64,000 nucleotides of DNA from Anolis carolinensis. Lineage: Eukaryota. Both the position numbers and the translations under genes were made by a program. Positions within the stretch are counted from its first letter, which is position 1. Each line of letters begins with the position of its first letter. This document shows positions 13,495 through 25,968 of this stretch, one piece after another. The notes under the pieces are model-generated. The model did not search any database. It was given only the letters and a program-made list of their open reading frames with translations, and was not told the DNA's origin. The stretch covers positions 88,645,574-88,709,573 of the forward strand of contig NC_085841.1 of assembly GCF_035594765.1 (NCBI RefSeq). Reading direction: 5' to 3'.

Positions 13495-14014
13495 ATAAGA
13501 AAAACAAAATCAGCATTGTTGTTGTTTTTAAAAATATCTGGATATATAATTTTCATGAGAATGTTCATCGATTGTTTCTTGCAGGGGGTTCATTCAACCA
13601 TAAGTTGGGAAGATGATAACTGAACAGATGTCCCAAAGTAGATTAGTCATTTTGCATTTTTCACTGTTTTCAGACATCAGTATCATTTCCTATTAAATTA
13701 TCCTTTAAATTGTCCATTAAAAAGATTAACAAGTGTGATATTAAGCAGCCCCTTTTTTTATACAAAAAAAACTTCCTAGGAAATAACTCCCAGAACCAAA
13801 TACAAGCAGAAATTGATTTTTAAAAGACATCTTAGATGTGTTTGCTTTATAAATGTCAATATTCTGCCCTTTCCTCCTAACAAAATATCTCTGTAGGATT
13901 TTATTGTATCAGGAGACACTTCTTTTAGCCAGATTTAATATCAGACAAAAATGGAACCAGTGCCAAAAGGGGGATCTAATTCCTAAGAAGGAAAACAACT
14001 GATATATTATTGTG

Positions 14015-14215
14015 GTTGAAGTCATGTGCCTTCAAGCTAATTATGACTTATGGTGACCATAAGGAAAACTCATTACTGGGTTTTCTTGGCAAAATTTCTG
14101 CAGAGGGGGATGTCTTTGCCTTCATCTAAGATTGAGAGAGTGTGGTTTGCCCAAGCTCACCAAGTAGGTTTCCATGGCTGAGCCAGTCCAACACTCAAAC
14201 CACTACAACATGCTG
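14015..14215 (-). mobile_element. Old degenerate SINE with RTE/BovB-like 3' tail
   Basis: tgtgccttcaag...gacttatggtgacc...gggttttcttggcaa...ttgccttc...tgcccaag motif series; similar decayed copies near 838-950, 6461-6620, 6834-7030 and 11640-11745. Confidence 0.5.
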
Positions 14216-14294
14216 CCCAAAAGACCCATAGGGTCTTGGGGAAAACATTTTTAACATTCAGAAACATGCATTCTGATCACCATCAACACATACT

Positions 14295-15648
14295 AGAAGA
14301 AATGGTTGCTTACCTGTAACCATGTTTCTTTGAGTGCTCATCTGTGAAATTTGCACATATGCATGCATGCACAGCAAGCTCAGAACCCTCTAACAACCTC
14401 TCCTGGATCTTTAGCCCCACCACCTTCCCCAGAAAGTATATAGCCCATGGGACGGGCTGTAGCCTCAGTTCTCCTGCCGCAGTGCAGCAGCTGGGATACA
14501 TAGGCATGACAAAATGTGGGGATGATGGGCGGGGATATGCAGATTTCACAGATGACCACTCAAAGAAACCTGGTTACAGGTAAACTAAGCACCCATTCTT
14601 CTTCATTGTGGTCTCTGTAAAATTGCACTACAGTAGACTAGTAAGCTACACAACTTGGTTGGCGGGTATTATGCCACCGCTGAAAAAAGGACCGCTCTGT
14701 AAAATAGTGCATGTCGCTTGGAGACGATATCAATCTTGTAATGGGTAGAAAACATGAGCGGGGTTGCCCAGCTGGCTGCCCTGCAGATATCTTCTAATAG
14801 CACTCCTTGCATGTATGCTATTGAAGCAGCAGTGGCCCTAGTAGAGTGGCCTCTGATCTACAAAGACAATTCCTTATCTTCCTGCTAGTAGGCTAGTCAG
14901 ATTGCAGACACTACCCATCATATCAATCCTGTACTTCAAAAACAGCATAGGCAACCTCCTGACTGCTGCCGTTCTATTGATGTCCAGGAGATGAAGGGAG
15001 TATTCCAGATTCATGGCTGGGTTTTGAAAAATGGCTGGCAGGATTATATTCTGTGTCTTGTGAAAAATAGAGGCGACTTTTGGCAGAAAAATGATGTCAA
15101 TTTGTAGCACCACCTTATTCTTGTGGAACCGCAAGTAGGATTCAACTATGTAGAGGGCACAAAGCTCACTAGCCCTGTGGGCTGATATAATGGCCACAAG
15201 AAACACTATGTTCCAGGACAAGTAAAATATGTCTGTTATTGCCAATGGCTCAAAACGCAGCTTCGTGAACTTCCGGTGGTGAGAATGGCAGTCGCCAGGA
15301 TCTTTTGAGTGTGCTCAAGAGATCAGCCCAGCAAAGTGATCAAGGGGGAGGAAAACCCCCCTCCGACTGGGAAAGCAGTTGTGAGTTGCTAAAATCTGCA
15401 GCATTCCAGCCGAATGGCAACCAGGTCTCTCCTGGAGAGGGGAGACTCTGAAATGTCTGGGAAAAGGGATTGCAGCAGGCAATGACTGGAGCAAATCACA
15501 GCTGGGCAAGCTGGATCCATAAAAGGGTTAGTGAAGACTGACCACACCATTTTAAAGATTCGAGCAAATGAGGGAAGAAACAAGCAAATACCAGAGTGAG
15601 TGTAATTCATTCCTTTCGGGAAAGAAATAGCCTTCTAGGTCAAATATC
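14295..15648 (-). mobile_element. DIRS-type tyrosine-recombinase retrotransposon, 3' fragment (MT-like remnant, YR, ITR/ICR)
   Basis: YR motifs AIISAHRASELCAL and GHSTRATAASIAYMQGVLLEDICRAASWATPLMFSTHY; ~65-bp inverted repeat 14295-14358 vs 14535-14602 with an adjacent partial direct repeat. Confidence 0.85.
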
Positions 15649-15653
15649 TAAGG

Positions 15654-16344
15654 TATTGCACCTTAGGTTAGCTTCACCTTGCTAAAGACATCACGTTGCA
15701 CACAGAACGTAGTCTTTTGTAGTTTATTAAGAAATAGGGAAAAGATAGTTCATAAAAGGTAAAAGTTCAGTTCCAAAAGATAGTTACCAAAACAAGGCTG
15801 TAAGAAACAAATCCACAGAAACATTAGGCATGAAACAAGGTTCTTTCTAAAGAAACCAAAGTCCCAGAAACGAGAATACATCCAGGCTACAAGATAATAC
15901 AGGAGAGCAGACTTGGTTCTTGATTCAAGCGAGGAAATTGCTTTGACGAAGATTTCCCTTTCAGCAGACTGTTTTAATAGCATAACATGAAGGCATTTCT
16001 TTGCCCTTTGACCTCCCTCTTATTTGCTATTCTGAGACTTCTGCGCAACCCCCGAAATTCAAAACAACTAGCCTGATCTAGAGAAGCGTCCTAATCGCTT
16101 TCAAGTCCACAGGGTTCGTTAGTGTTATCAGGCTGAGGCTGGGAGCTGCTCATCATTAAAAACATCATTTCTTCCTGTGGGAAAGCCTCCCTGCTCCTCA
16201 TCTCCCACAGCAGGAACACTCTGCACCTGATTCCCATAATTCCCATCAGAGTCATCTTGAAACTCATCCTGAACCTGAATACCATCATCATGCACTTGCA
16301 TCCCAGAATCCTTATTAGAGTCACACAAAGGCTGAGTCACAACA
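15654..16344 (-). mobile_element. Solo LTR (second family), 691 bp
   Basis: 5-bp TSD taagg (15649-15653 and 16345-16349); starts TGTTGTGACT on the minus strand; 3' terminus mutated to ...CAATA; AATAAA at 15723-15728 (minus). Confidence 0.8.
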
Positions 16345-16399
16345 TAAGGAATCTCTGATCTACTAGCTATAATATACCTGCAAACCTAGAAGCTCTTAT

Positions 16400-19300
16400 A
16401 ATGTGTGATTCTATAATTCAGTAAGCCAATAATTTAACAATTTAAGAAGGACAGAATTATAGACAGAACAACAGAAAGAGAGAGTGGGAAAGATAGAAGC
16501 TAAAAAGATTGTAAACTCACCAGAATCTCTAAGCACCATGTTGTCCCTGAAGATGCTTTCTCTATAAACATTGATCTTACAAAGAAACCACTGGAAGATA
16601 TAGAGCTATAGCACCAAGGGAGGAGTTGAAAGGACACATGGGAAGTGAACCCAGAATCTGAATAAATAAACTAAACATAGAGCTACTAAAGCAGAGGTCA
16701 GATTGAAATACCAAGTGGCAGTTTGAGGGTTCGTTTTTTTAAAAAAGCAGAGAAAGCTGCTCTGCAACAGAGACAGAGAAGAAGGCAGACAGCAGGAGAA
16801 GAGGAATGGAGAAGGGAAGTATACAAGAGATAAGAAAAGTGCTGGTGCAGACCGGAGAGTGAGAGAGTACTGTGGTGAAGAAAGGTTAGCAGAAAGAGAA
16901 GCTTACTATGGCAGTAAAAGAGGGATCAACAGAGACGAGGGACAACTGCATAGAAACTCATCAGAATCTCTGCATAGAACCAGTGTGATAGAACTGAGAA
17001 ACATTATGGCTACTTACAAATCAAAATTACAAGCCAGCCAGAAAACACTAATAAGACATGACTCAGCCCCTGATGAAATCGGATTCAAGGAAATATACCA
17101 AGAAATACTAAAGATATCACAAAAACAGGATGAACAGCACAAAAAATACAAGAACAAGTACAAGATCTTAAAAAAGAATTAAAGGGGGACATAGCTGCAG
17201 TGAAAAAAAGAATTTGAAGAACTTAAACAAGAACATAAAGATATGAAGAAAGCACAAGGAAAAGTAGACAGAAAAATGAGGAACTTGGAGGTGATAAATC
17301 AAAAATTACAGGATTAGATAGACATGATGGAAAATAAAGAGCTCGAACTTCAATTGAGAATAAGGAACTTAGAAGAGACAGAGAGAGAAGACCTGAGAGC
17401 TGAAATTTTAGCATAACTATGTAATTGTCAGGCTTGGAAGAAAACAAATAAGGGATGAGATACTTAAAAAATCTGCTGCAGAACCAATCATATACAACAA
17501 AAGATGATAGTGATCATGAAAGAATCTTCACTAGGAATACTTAACAGGAGAAGAAAATATTCATTCCTCACAGATGAACTAAAAAAGAGAAACATCAATT
17601 TTCATTGGGAGAAACCTGAAGGCCTAATGGTCACATATCAAGAATCAAGACATTGGCTGAAAAGCCAAGACATTCTATCAAAGATATATGAAAAAGAAAG
17701 GCAATGAGACAGCAGACCCTAATGAAATAGAGGGAAAAAAGGATTATTGAGACGCAGAAGCCAAAGATGAATACTCACTGGAACTGAAAACCTATCAGAA
17801 ATGAGCAGGAGAAAAAAAAAGATTAAGAGAATTCTCCCCAGAAAACTACACCCTGTACACTCCCCTGGCAGGTCAGAAAGGAGAACAAGCAGAGAATAAT
17901 GAAGATGATGGAATTCAAAATATACTCAAATAACTTAAATGGAATAAATTCAGCATCTAAAAGGAACAGAGTCTTTAATTTGTTTTAAAAAGGCAGATAT
18001 GACCTGATTGCAATACAGGAGATGCACATTTGTAACAGACAGGTTGCACACCTCGTAAATAAAACATTAGGGAAGAAATTCTATTCATCTTCAAATGAGA
18101 AAAGGAGTAGTAATATATGTAAATGAAAAAAAATCCCTGCTAATTTGGCTTTTAAAGATTCTGAAGGAAGATTTGTAGCGATTAAAATTGAAATAAGCAA
18201 TAAATTTTTTTAAAATTGTAACATTTATGCCCTGAATGGGCGGAAAGTAAATTTTTGTAAAGACCTTCAGGAAACAACAAGAGAACAGGAATTTGATTAG
18301 TTGATATTAATTGGGGACTTTAACGGGGTAATAGATCCAAAATTCAATAGAACATCAATTAAAACCAATGACAATAACGGGAAGGCAGGAAAATCTTCCT
18401 TAAAGTCAAAGAAAACCTTCACCTCGAAGATATATGGTGTTTGCAAAACCCAGACAACAGGGATTACACATACTACTCTAATAGGCATCAGTCTTGGTCC
18501 CGCATTGACATGGTTTGGGACTACAAGAACGTTAGCTACAAAAATTAAGAAAATAGAAATATTGCAAAGAGTGAACTCAGATCAATGCGCTCTAAAAAAA
18601 CCAAATCAATGAACATCAAAGACAATATAAATGGAGATTAAAAGATAATCTAATAAAAAGACCAGAAAATATAGAAAATATTAGGAAACCTCTGAAAGAA
18701 TATCTGCACCTAAACTATATAGAAAACATACCCAAACAAACAGTGTGCCTGTAAATCAGTAATGCGGCGCTATTTAATATCACAGAGCCAGGCACAGAAT
18801 AAATTAAGACTCAAAGATTATAATAAAGTAATTGATGAGATGAGGAAAAAAGATGCTTAAATCCTTACCTACAGATAAAACAATAAATACAGAGATAGAA
18901 ATATTTAAAAAACTGCCAAGAATTGTTACATAGTGAAAGTATTGCCATATCAATGAAATATATAAAACAAGATTACTTTCAAAATGCCAACAAAATTGGG
19001 AAATGGTTGGCGAGGAAAATTCAAAACAAAAGACAAACCCAACGTATCACTAAGATTAAAAAAGACGGAAAAATATTTTATGAAAACCATACTATAAGTC
19101 AACAATTTAGAGACTATTATGAGAAACTATATGCCGCAGAAGAAACAAACAATGATGAAATTGTCTCCTATCTAGGAAAGCTAAAACTGGGAAAACTAAC
19201 AGATGAACAGAGACAAGGCTTAAACAAAGAAATCACGAATGAAGAAAAAAGCAATGCCATCCGCAATCTACAAAATAAAAAGGCCCCAGGACCTGACGGC

Positions 19301-21745
19301 TTTATGGCAATTTTTTTTACAAAACCTACAAAGAAGAGCTAACTCCACTTCTAAAAGAGATTATGAATGATTCACTGACAAGCAAAGAATCCCTCAAACA
19401 TGGGAAGGAGCCAATATAATGTTAATTCATAAGGAAAACATGGACCCTGAAAACGTTAAAAACTATTGCCCAATCTCACTATTAAACATGGATTATAAGA
19501 TTTTCACATCAATACTGGCAGACAGACTAAAACGTTTTTTGACAAATTGGATAAACGAAGATCAAACCTTTTTTTGCCTAACAGACAGTTACGGGACAAC
19601 ATAAGAAACCTCATAAATACAATTGAATACTATGACAAAAATAATGACAAAGAGCTTGCATTGATGTTTATAGACGCGGAAAAGGCTTTTGACAAAGTAA
19701 GCTGGAATTTCATCTTTAGAACCGTGGAGGAATTAGATATGGGATATCAATTTATTAACGCAATTACGGCAATATACAAAAACGAGGAAGCAAAAATCAT
19801 AGTAAATGACCAAGAAAACTCAGAAATAGTAAACATTTATAGAGGAATGAGACAAGGCTGTCCCCTATCTCCCTTGCTTTTTATAATGGTAGTAGAACTG
19901 ATGTTAAAAAATATAAGAGAAGATAAAAAACTAACAGGCATGAATTTCAGAAATGGATTAAGAAAGTTGAGGACTTCGGAAAACTCGCGGTTTTCAAACT
20001 AAATACAGAGAAAACCAAAATACTAACAAAGAATATGACCAAGGATAGGGTTAAAGAATTAGAGGAAGAATCAAAATTGAGAACAGAGAAGATGATTAAA
20101 TACTTAGGGGTCATTATTACTACAAGCAATATTAATCTCCTTAAAAACAATTACGAGGATAAATCGAAAAATATCCAAAAAGACTTGAAAAATTGGAAAT
20201 ACCTAAATGTCTCACTGTTAGGGAGAACTGCAATTATAAAAATGAATACTTTGCCAAAATTACTGTTCTTCTTTCAAAACCTTTCCATCATAAGAAATAA
20301 CCACCTGTTCAATAAATGGCACAAAGAAATCTCAGAATTTATATGGAACTGAAAGAAGCCCAGAATCAAAACAAAAATATTCACAGATGAAAACAAAAGA
20401 GGGGGACTAGGGCTGCCAAATATGAGATTGTACTATGAGGCATGCGCCCTTACGTGGATCAAAGATTGGGCAACATTAGAAAAGAAAAAACTACTAGACC
20501 TGGAGGGACATGACTTGAGGTTCAGGTGGCATGAATACCTTTGGTACTAAAAAAAGAAAGTAGAAAGTAATTTTAATAATTATTTTATAAGGGCAGCGCT
20601 AATTAGAGTTTGGCATAAATACAAGATGAGACTTTATAATAAAACTCCATTATGGATATCTCTGGTAGAGGCTAAATATAAGAAAGAACTGCAAGAAGAT
20701 AAATGGCTCACGTATAAACAAATTTTAAAGGCCCAAGATAAAGACTTGACAATAAAACATACGATGAAATCAAGCAATCGAACCTGGAGATAACCTGGTT
20801 CCAATATTATCAAATTAAAGAATGTTATAAAGAAGATAAAGTAAAGGGCTTCATGGTTAAAGATAATATTTGGGATAAAATATAGAAAAAGAAACAAAAA
20901 AACTATAAAAATATTATATAATCAATTACTAGAGTAGGATACATAAACAGAACTGATTAAACCCTGCATGATACAATGGCCAAAGACCTCAGCAGGACAA
21001 TTAAACTTTAGGAATGGGAAAATATGTAGAACAAAAAACTAAAATATACTGCTTCAATAAACCTAAGAGAAAACTGGCTTAAAATGTTCCACAGGTGGTA
21101 TCTCACCCCTGAGAAGTTGGCAAAATTCTATAGGAATGTGTCAAACAAATGCTGGAGATGTGAAACAATGAAAGGTACGTTCCTCCATCAGTGGTGGTTA
21201 TGTAAAAAAAAAAATCCAGAAGTTCTGGGAAAAGGTTAGGAAAAGTATGGAAGAAATCCTCCAGGTCAATATTAAAATGAAACCAGAATACTTCCTCCTG
21301 AGTATCACTGACATCAAACTAGACAAAAACCAAGAGAAATTTTTCTTTTATCTAACCACAGCCACTAGAGTTATCATAGCCAAAAAATGGAGACAATGAG
21401 AAATACCAGATATATATGAATAGACTACTAAAGTACTTGAGATTATGCAAATGGACATTCTGACAGAAATAATAAAATTGGAACATAAAATAACAGGACT
21501 GGTCAAGAGTGAAGGACTTCCTAGAGAAACAACGAACACCATTAATTACAGAATTTATGTGAGAAGTCAGTAAGATAATGATTTAAACATAAAAGATAGA
21601 AGGTGGAAACTGTATAAGATTGATATGAAACATGCCAGAAAGGAATGAATTGGAAGGCAAACACTTTTTTAAATATATGTTTTTTCTTTTTTCCTTCCCC
21701 CCCCCCCCCCTTTTTTGCCTCTCCTCATTTTTTTTTCTCTTTTTT
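16400..21745 (+). mobile_element. Degenerate near-full-length L1-clade LINE (ORF1; ORF2 with APE, RT and Cys-rich C-terminus); both ends approximate
   Basis: APE fragments (SNNLNGIN, LIGDFNG), KAPGPDGF, PISLLNMDYKI, IDAEKAFDKV, QGCPLSPLLF, IKYLGV, CWRC..GTFLHQWWLC; many frameshifts and stops. Confidence 0.9.
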
Positions 21746-21749
21746 CGGG

Positions 21750-24700
21750 TAAGGTCGGAGTCTGCTAGAGAGACCAGAAACATCAGGAGGAGTGGTGTGC
21801 GGGCAGCTAAGAAATGAGCTCCCCGCTGCCATATAAATAGGGTGAAGCTGTTCCATTTGGAAGCATTTGATAGCCTGGTTGATGTGCTGCATCAATGATC
21901 GTTCTCACCACCTTGGAGTGGGGTAGGACTGGTTCCACCACGTGGTTAGGCATAGGTGATGCAAATCTGGATGAAAGCGCCAGCTGCCCTGGGCTGTGAG
22001 AAGATCTGGTCGCCCTCTGAGGGGGACAAAGAGTCATTAATGGGGCAAACCATGATTGCTGAGGCCACCATGGGGCGATGATGATGCAGCTGGCCTTGTT
22101 GGCATATAGCTTTGCAACCACTTTGGCCACAAGGGGAGTGGGCGGAGAGATGAACAGGAGAGGCCCATGTCAGTTAAACAGGAATGTGTCTCCTAGGCAG
22201 CCATACTGTAGGCTTTGCGGAAGCTTTGAGCAGTAAGATTGGCACTTTGTGTTGCCTGGTGCTCCAAATAGGTCAACCATGGGCAATTCCCATCTCCAAA
22301 AGAGGGTGGAAGCTTTGTCTGGACAGAGAGATCACTCGTGGTTGATAAGCACTGTCCTGCTGTGCCAGTCAGTCAGGACGTTGTTATTTCCTGGAAGATG
22401 TACTGCTATGAGACATATCCCCTGGGGATGCACCAATTTCATATGACTACAGTAAGACCGAGAAGTGCGATGGACTGCATGCCCCCTGTTGTCTGTCACG
22501 AGTTGCATTACATGCCCCAGGAGTGAAGACTCGAAAGCCCCGAGGGCCTTCTGAATGGCTACCAGTTGATATGCCACCCAGCCTCCTCTGTTGACCACAG
22601 GCCTTGGGCTGTGAGGGTGCCTGTATGTGCCTCCAATTAGTGAAGACAGGCATCCATCATGAGTGCCATTGTTGGCCCTGGAGGGCCAAAAGGTTTGCCC
22701 GTGACACCAGCAAAGTGAATGCCACCCTGTACATGCCACCATGGGGGGGGGGTGCATGAGTTGTGATGGAGCAGGTAAAACACCCGTAGGAACCAGGCCT
22801 GTAGGGGCTGGAGACAAAGGTGCATTGATGTCATGTGTCCTAGTATTGATTGGACGTGTCTGGCCAGTATGGTGGGGTTGTGTAGTGCCTGCAACACTGC
22901 TGATTGAAGAACCGGAAGATGTTCCCTGGATTGTATGGAATTCAAGGTAGCTCCAAAAAGCCGGGTCTGCTGTGTTGGCCAAAGGTGTGATTTCTCTTGA
23001 TTGACAACTAGGTCAAGACCCTGAAGAAGTGATAAGGTGATTTTTATCTGCCCGAGAAGCTGTGTCTGAGATTGAGCGACTAGTAGCCAGTCGTCAATAT
23101 ATGGGTACATTGTGACACCAAGAAGCTGAAGGTGAGCCGCCATCATGGCCATGCACTTTGTGAAGACCCATGGTGCCATGGAAAACCCAAAAGACAAAAC
23201 TTGGAAACAAAAGGCCCGCTGCCCTATCATAAATATGAGGTACTTCTGATGTTACAGCCTGATGACAATGGTCTTTGAGATTTATAGTGGTGAACCATGC
23301 CCCCTTGGGCAGCAGGGGAAGAATGGTGAGATGGGTCACCATCCATAATCTGTGTGCTTGGATATAGTGTTTGAGACCTCTGAGGTCCAGTATTGGCCAC
23401 TGGTTGCCGTCCCTCTTTGGGACAAGAAAATAGCACGAAAAATTGTGCAGAAACATTGATGGATGCAGTGGAATGACTGCTCCTTTACCCAACAGGGTGT
23501 GAACTTCATCCCAAAGAACTTACATACTACCCTCCGGACTATATCCAGGACCCAGCCATCTATCGTGATGGTCCTCCATGTGGGAAAAAGGTGGCCAACT
23601 GTGCGCCAAACCATACGTGTGGATTGGGACCCGCATCTGTGGCGGAAGTGCTCATGAGTGCTGAGATATGATGTGGCCAAGAAAACTGTTCAACCGTGTA
23701 GGGAAGGGTAGTGTTAATGGAAGGGCATGTTCAGCGCTAAAACCAACACCTTGGTTTGCTCTGATATCACCCCTTATCCTGCTCCCGCAGTTTGGATGGT
23801 CCAGGCTGCCTGCTGGAGGTGGGCAACCTAGGCTGTGACACACCTCATGCTCTGGTATAAGGTCTGCAGGTATATGTTCCCAGCAGTGGCCATCTTGTCC
23901 TGGGTTGGTATGATGACTGGGGAGGGAAGCCAAACTTATGTGCAGCTGGTGCAGCTCCTGCATGTTCTTTAGTTGGGTGCCTGTGTCCAGGTTGAACAAA
24001 CCTTCGTCATAGGCAGAAAGGGCTTTACCTTTCTCTGACAGCATCAAAGCCTGGAGCCTATGTACCTGCAAATGGCCGTAGCTGTTGCAAATAGCCTGCC
24101 TGCTGTGCCTGCCATGTGCTTGGCCATCTCATTCTGAGCTCTTGCCAGAACCATGGTGGAATGCCCTAGCAAGGCTCTGTTGGTCAGCAGGGAGGAGATC
24201 CAGATAAAGGGCAATCTTTCCCCAAAGGAAATCTTGATATGCTGCCATATACACACCATTGTGGGCAAGGCACCAAGCCTCGCCTGAGGGCACTTTCTTC
24301 CCCATCGTCTCTATCTTTCTGCCTTCATTATTTGTTGGTGTAAAATGTGCCTTGTGAGACTGTTTCCCCTGTGTGACATCAACAATGACAGAGTTGGGCT
24401 TGGGAGATGTTACTACCCACTGAAAGCTCTACACCCTATGTGGCATGAGCCTGCTTTGAGACATCTGGAGCCACCATTGATGGTAGGTTCAGTGTCCTAG
24501 CCAACTGGAGAAGGTAAGGTAAGGATGGCACTGGTGTGGCCACAGGAGCATGTTGTAGCTGTTGTTCCGACAAGAGGAGCGGGTCATCCACAAACTGGGG
24601 GGATGTGGGTGCAGAGAAATTCAAATTGTGTTCCAAGTGGATCATAAGGGCTGAGAAACCCTCACCTGCCGTGCCTACAGGTGGTGGCTGAGCATTTGCC

Positions 24701-25090
24701 ATGGCAGCGGATGAATCAGCTGATGTGTCAGATGCATCAGGTAACAGTACAACCAGTGAAAAATGAGACGTCCCAACTGCCACATGAAATGGGCTCCATG
24801 GGCCCCCAATTGCACTGTGTTTGACAGTACCAATGGGGCCTGAATATTGTGATAACAAGAAGCATCTGTGGACCCAGTCGAGTGATGGACATGTTCAAAA
24901 TATGGCCTGTTGTAGGGCTGTGCCAAATAATACGGTGGCAAGCAATCTTGATAGTGATACCATGTTAAAAACCTCAATCATCAGGGTAGTGCCATGGTGG
25001 GCTTTGGGATCAAGAGGACCACAGCATTGCCCCCAGAGATGTACCGATGTGAATTTCTCTCAAAGTGAGAAATGCTGCCAAAGCTGATAA
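21750..25090 (-). mobile_element. DIRS-type retrotransposon fragment (gag-like, RT, RNase H, MT-like), degenerate
   Basis: YFLVPKRDGNQWPILDLRGL, FQVLSFGFSMAPWVFTK, YPYIDDWLL, VNQEKSHL, AVHLPGNNNVLTD, IIIAPWWPQQSWF. Confidence 0.88.
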
Positions 25091-25666
25091 TGTTGTCCAT
25101 TTGATTAGCAAATGGACTGGATATGTTTGTGTGTACATCAGCAGATATTTCTGTAAACATAGATTTGTAGACCAGGTTTAATATGCTTTCTACCTTTAAT
25201 TTTGTCTAAGATACACACAGTCAACACATCCAACTGTTTTGATAAAGCAGTTACTTTATTCAAAATGCATATTATTTTTATGAAAGAAAAAAAATCTTTG
25301 ACAGCATTTCCTTTTTAGGAAACTGCTAGACCTTTCCTTAAGTTTTCTGACCTCCCTGGGAAGATTTGCTTGTCTGTTTCTTTAATTAAATGTTTAGGCA
25401 AGTCTTGGAAGGGCTTGAAGCAGAGCAACTGCAGGGTGCCAGGGAGTCACAATGGGACTTCTAGGAGATCTTGAAGGGCTGCAGCCCATCATTGCACCCA
25501 GAACAAAAAAAAAAAAAAAAAAAAAAAAACGAGATGTGTGTCCCCACAATCCTTTATGAAGAATGGAAAGGAGGAAGATTTGACCACTTTTTTATATCCC
25601 CCATGCCTTTGTGTGCCAAGAAGAGACTTTTTAAACAGGAAGTGATCACTTCTGGTGAATGTATGA

Positions 25667-25734
25667 GTACTGTTATATTATCTAGACGGAGGCCAAAAGA
25701 GGGTGCTAGAGAGTGGAGGATAGTGCATTTTATT

Positions 25735-25765
<31 letters not shown>

Positions 25766-25968
25766 CTGAAGGAGGAAAACCAATTCCCCCTTTTTTGCTA
25801 GTTGTTCCCCTCCCCCCTTTTCCTATCATAAATGTGGAGATGGGTGGAGGGAATAACAGGAAAACAGGGGGAAATGGTTTTACTCTTTCAACCCATCCTC
25901 CACCACCAAAAAATGGACTATCCTTCTCTCTCTAGCACCCCCTAATTGCTTCCGCCCAGATGATGGGA
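25667..25968. mobile_element. MITE with long inverted repeats (same family as 35327-35625)
   Basis: ctagagagtggaggatagtgcatttt ... aaaatggactatccttctctctctag inverted arms. Confidence 0.7.
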
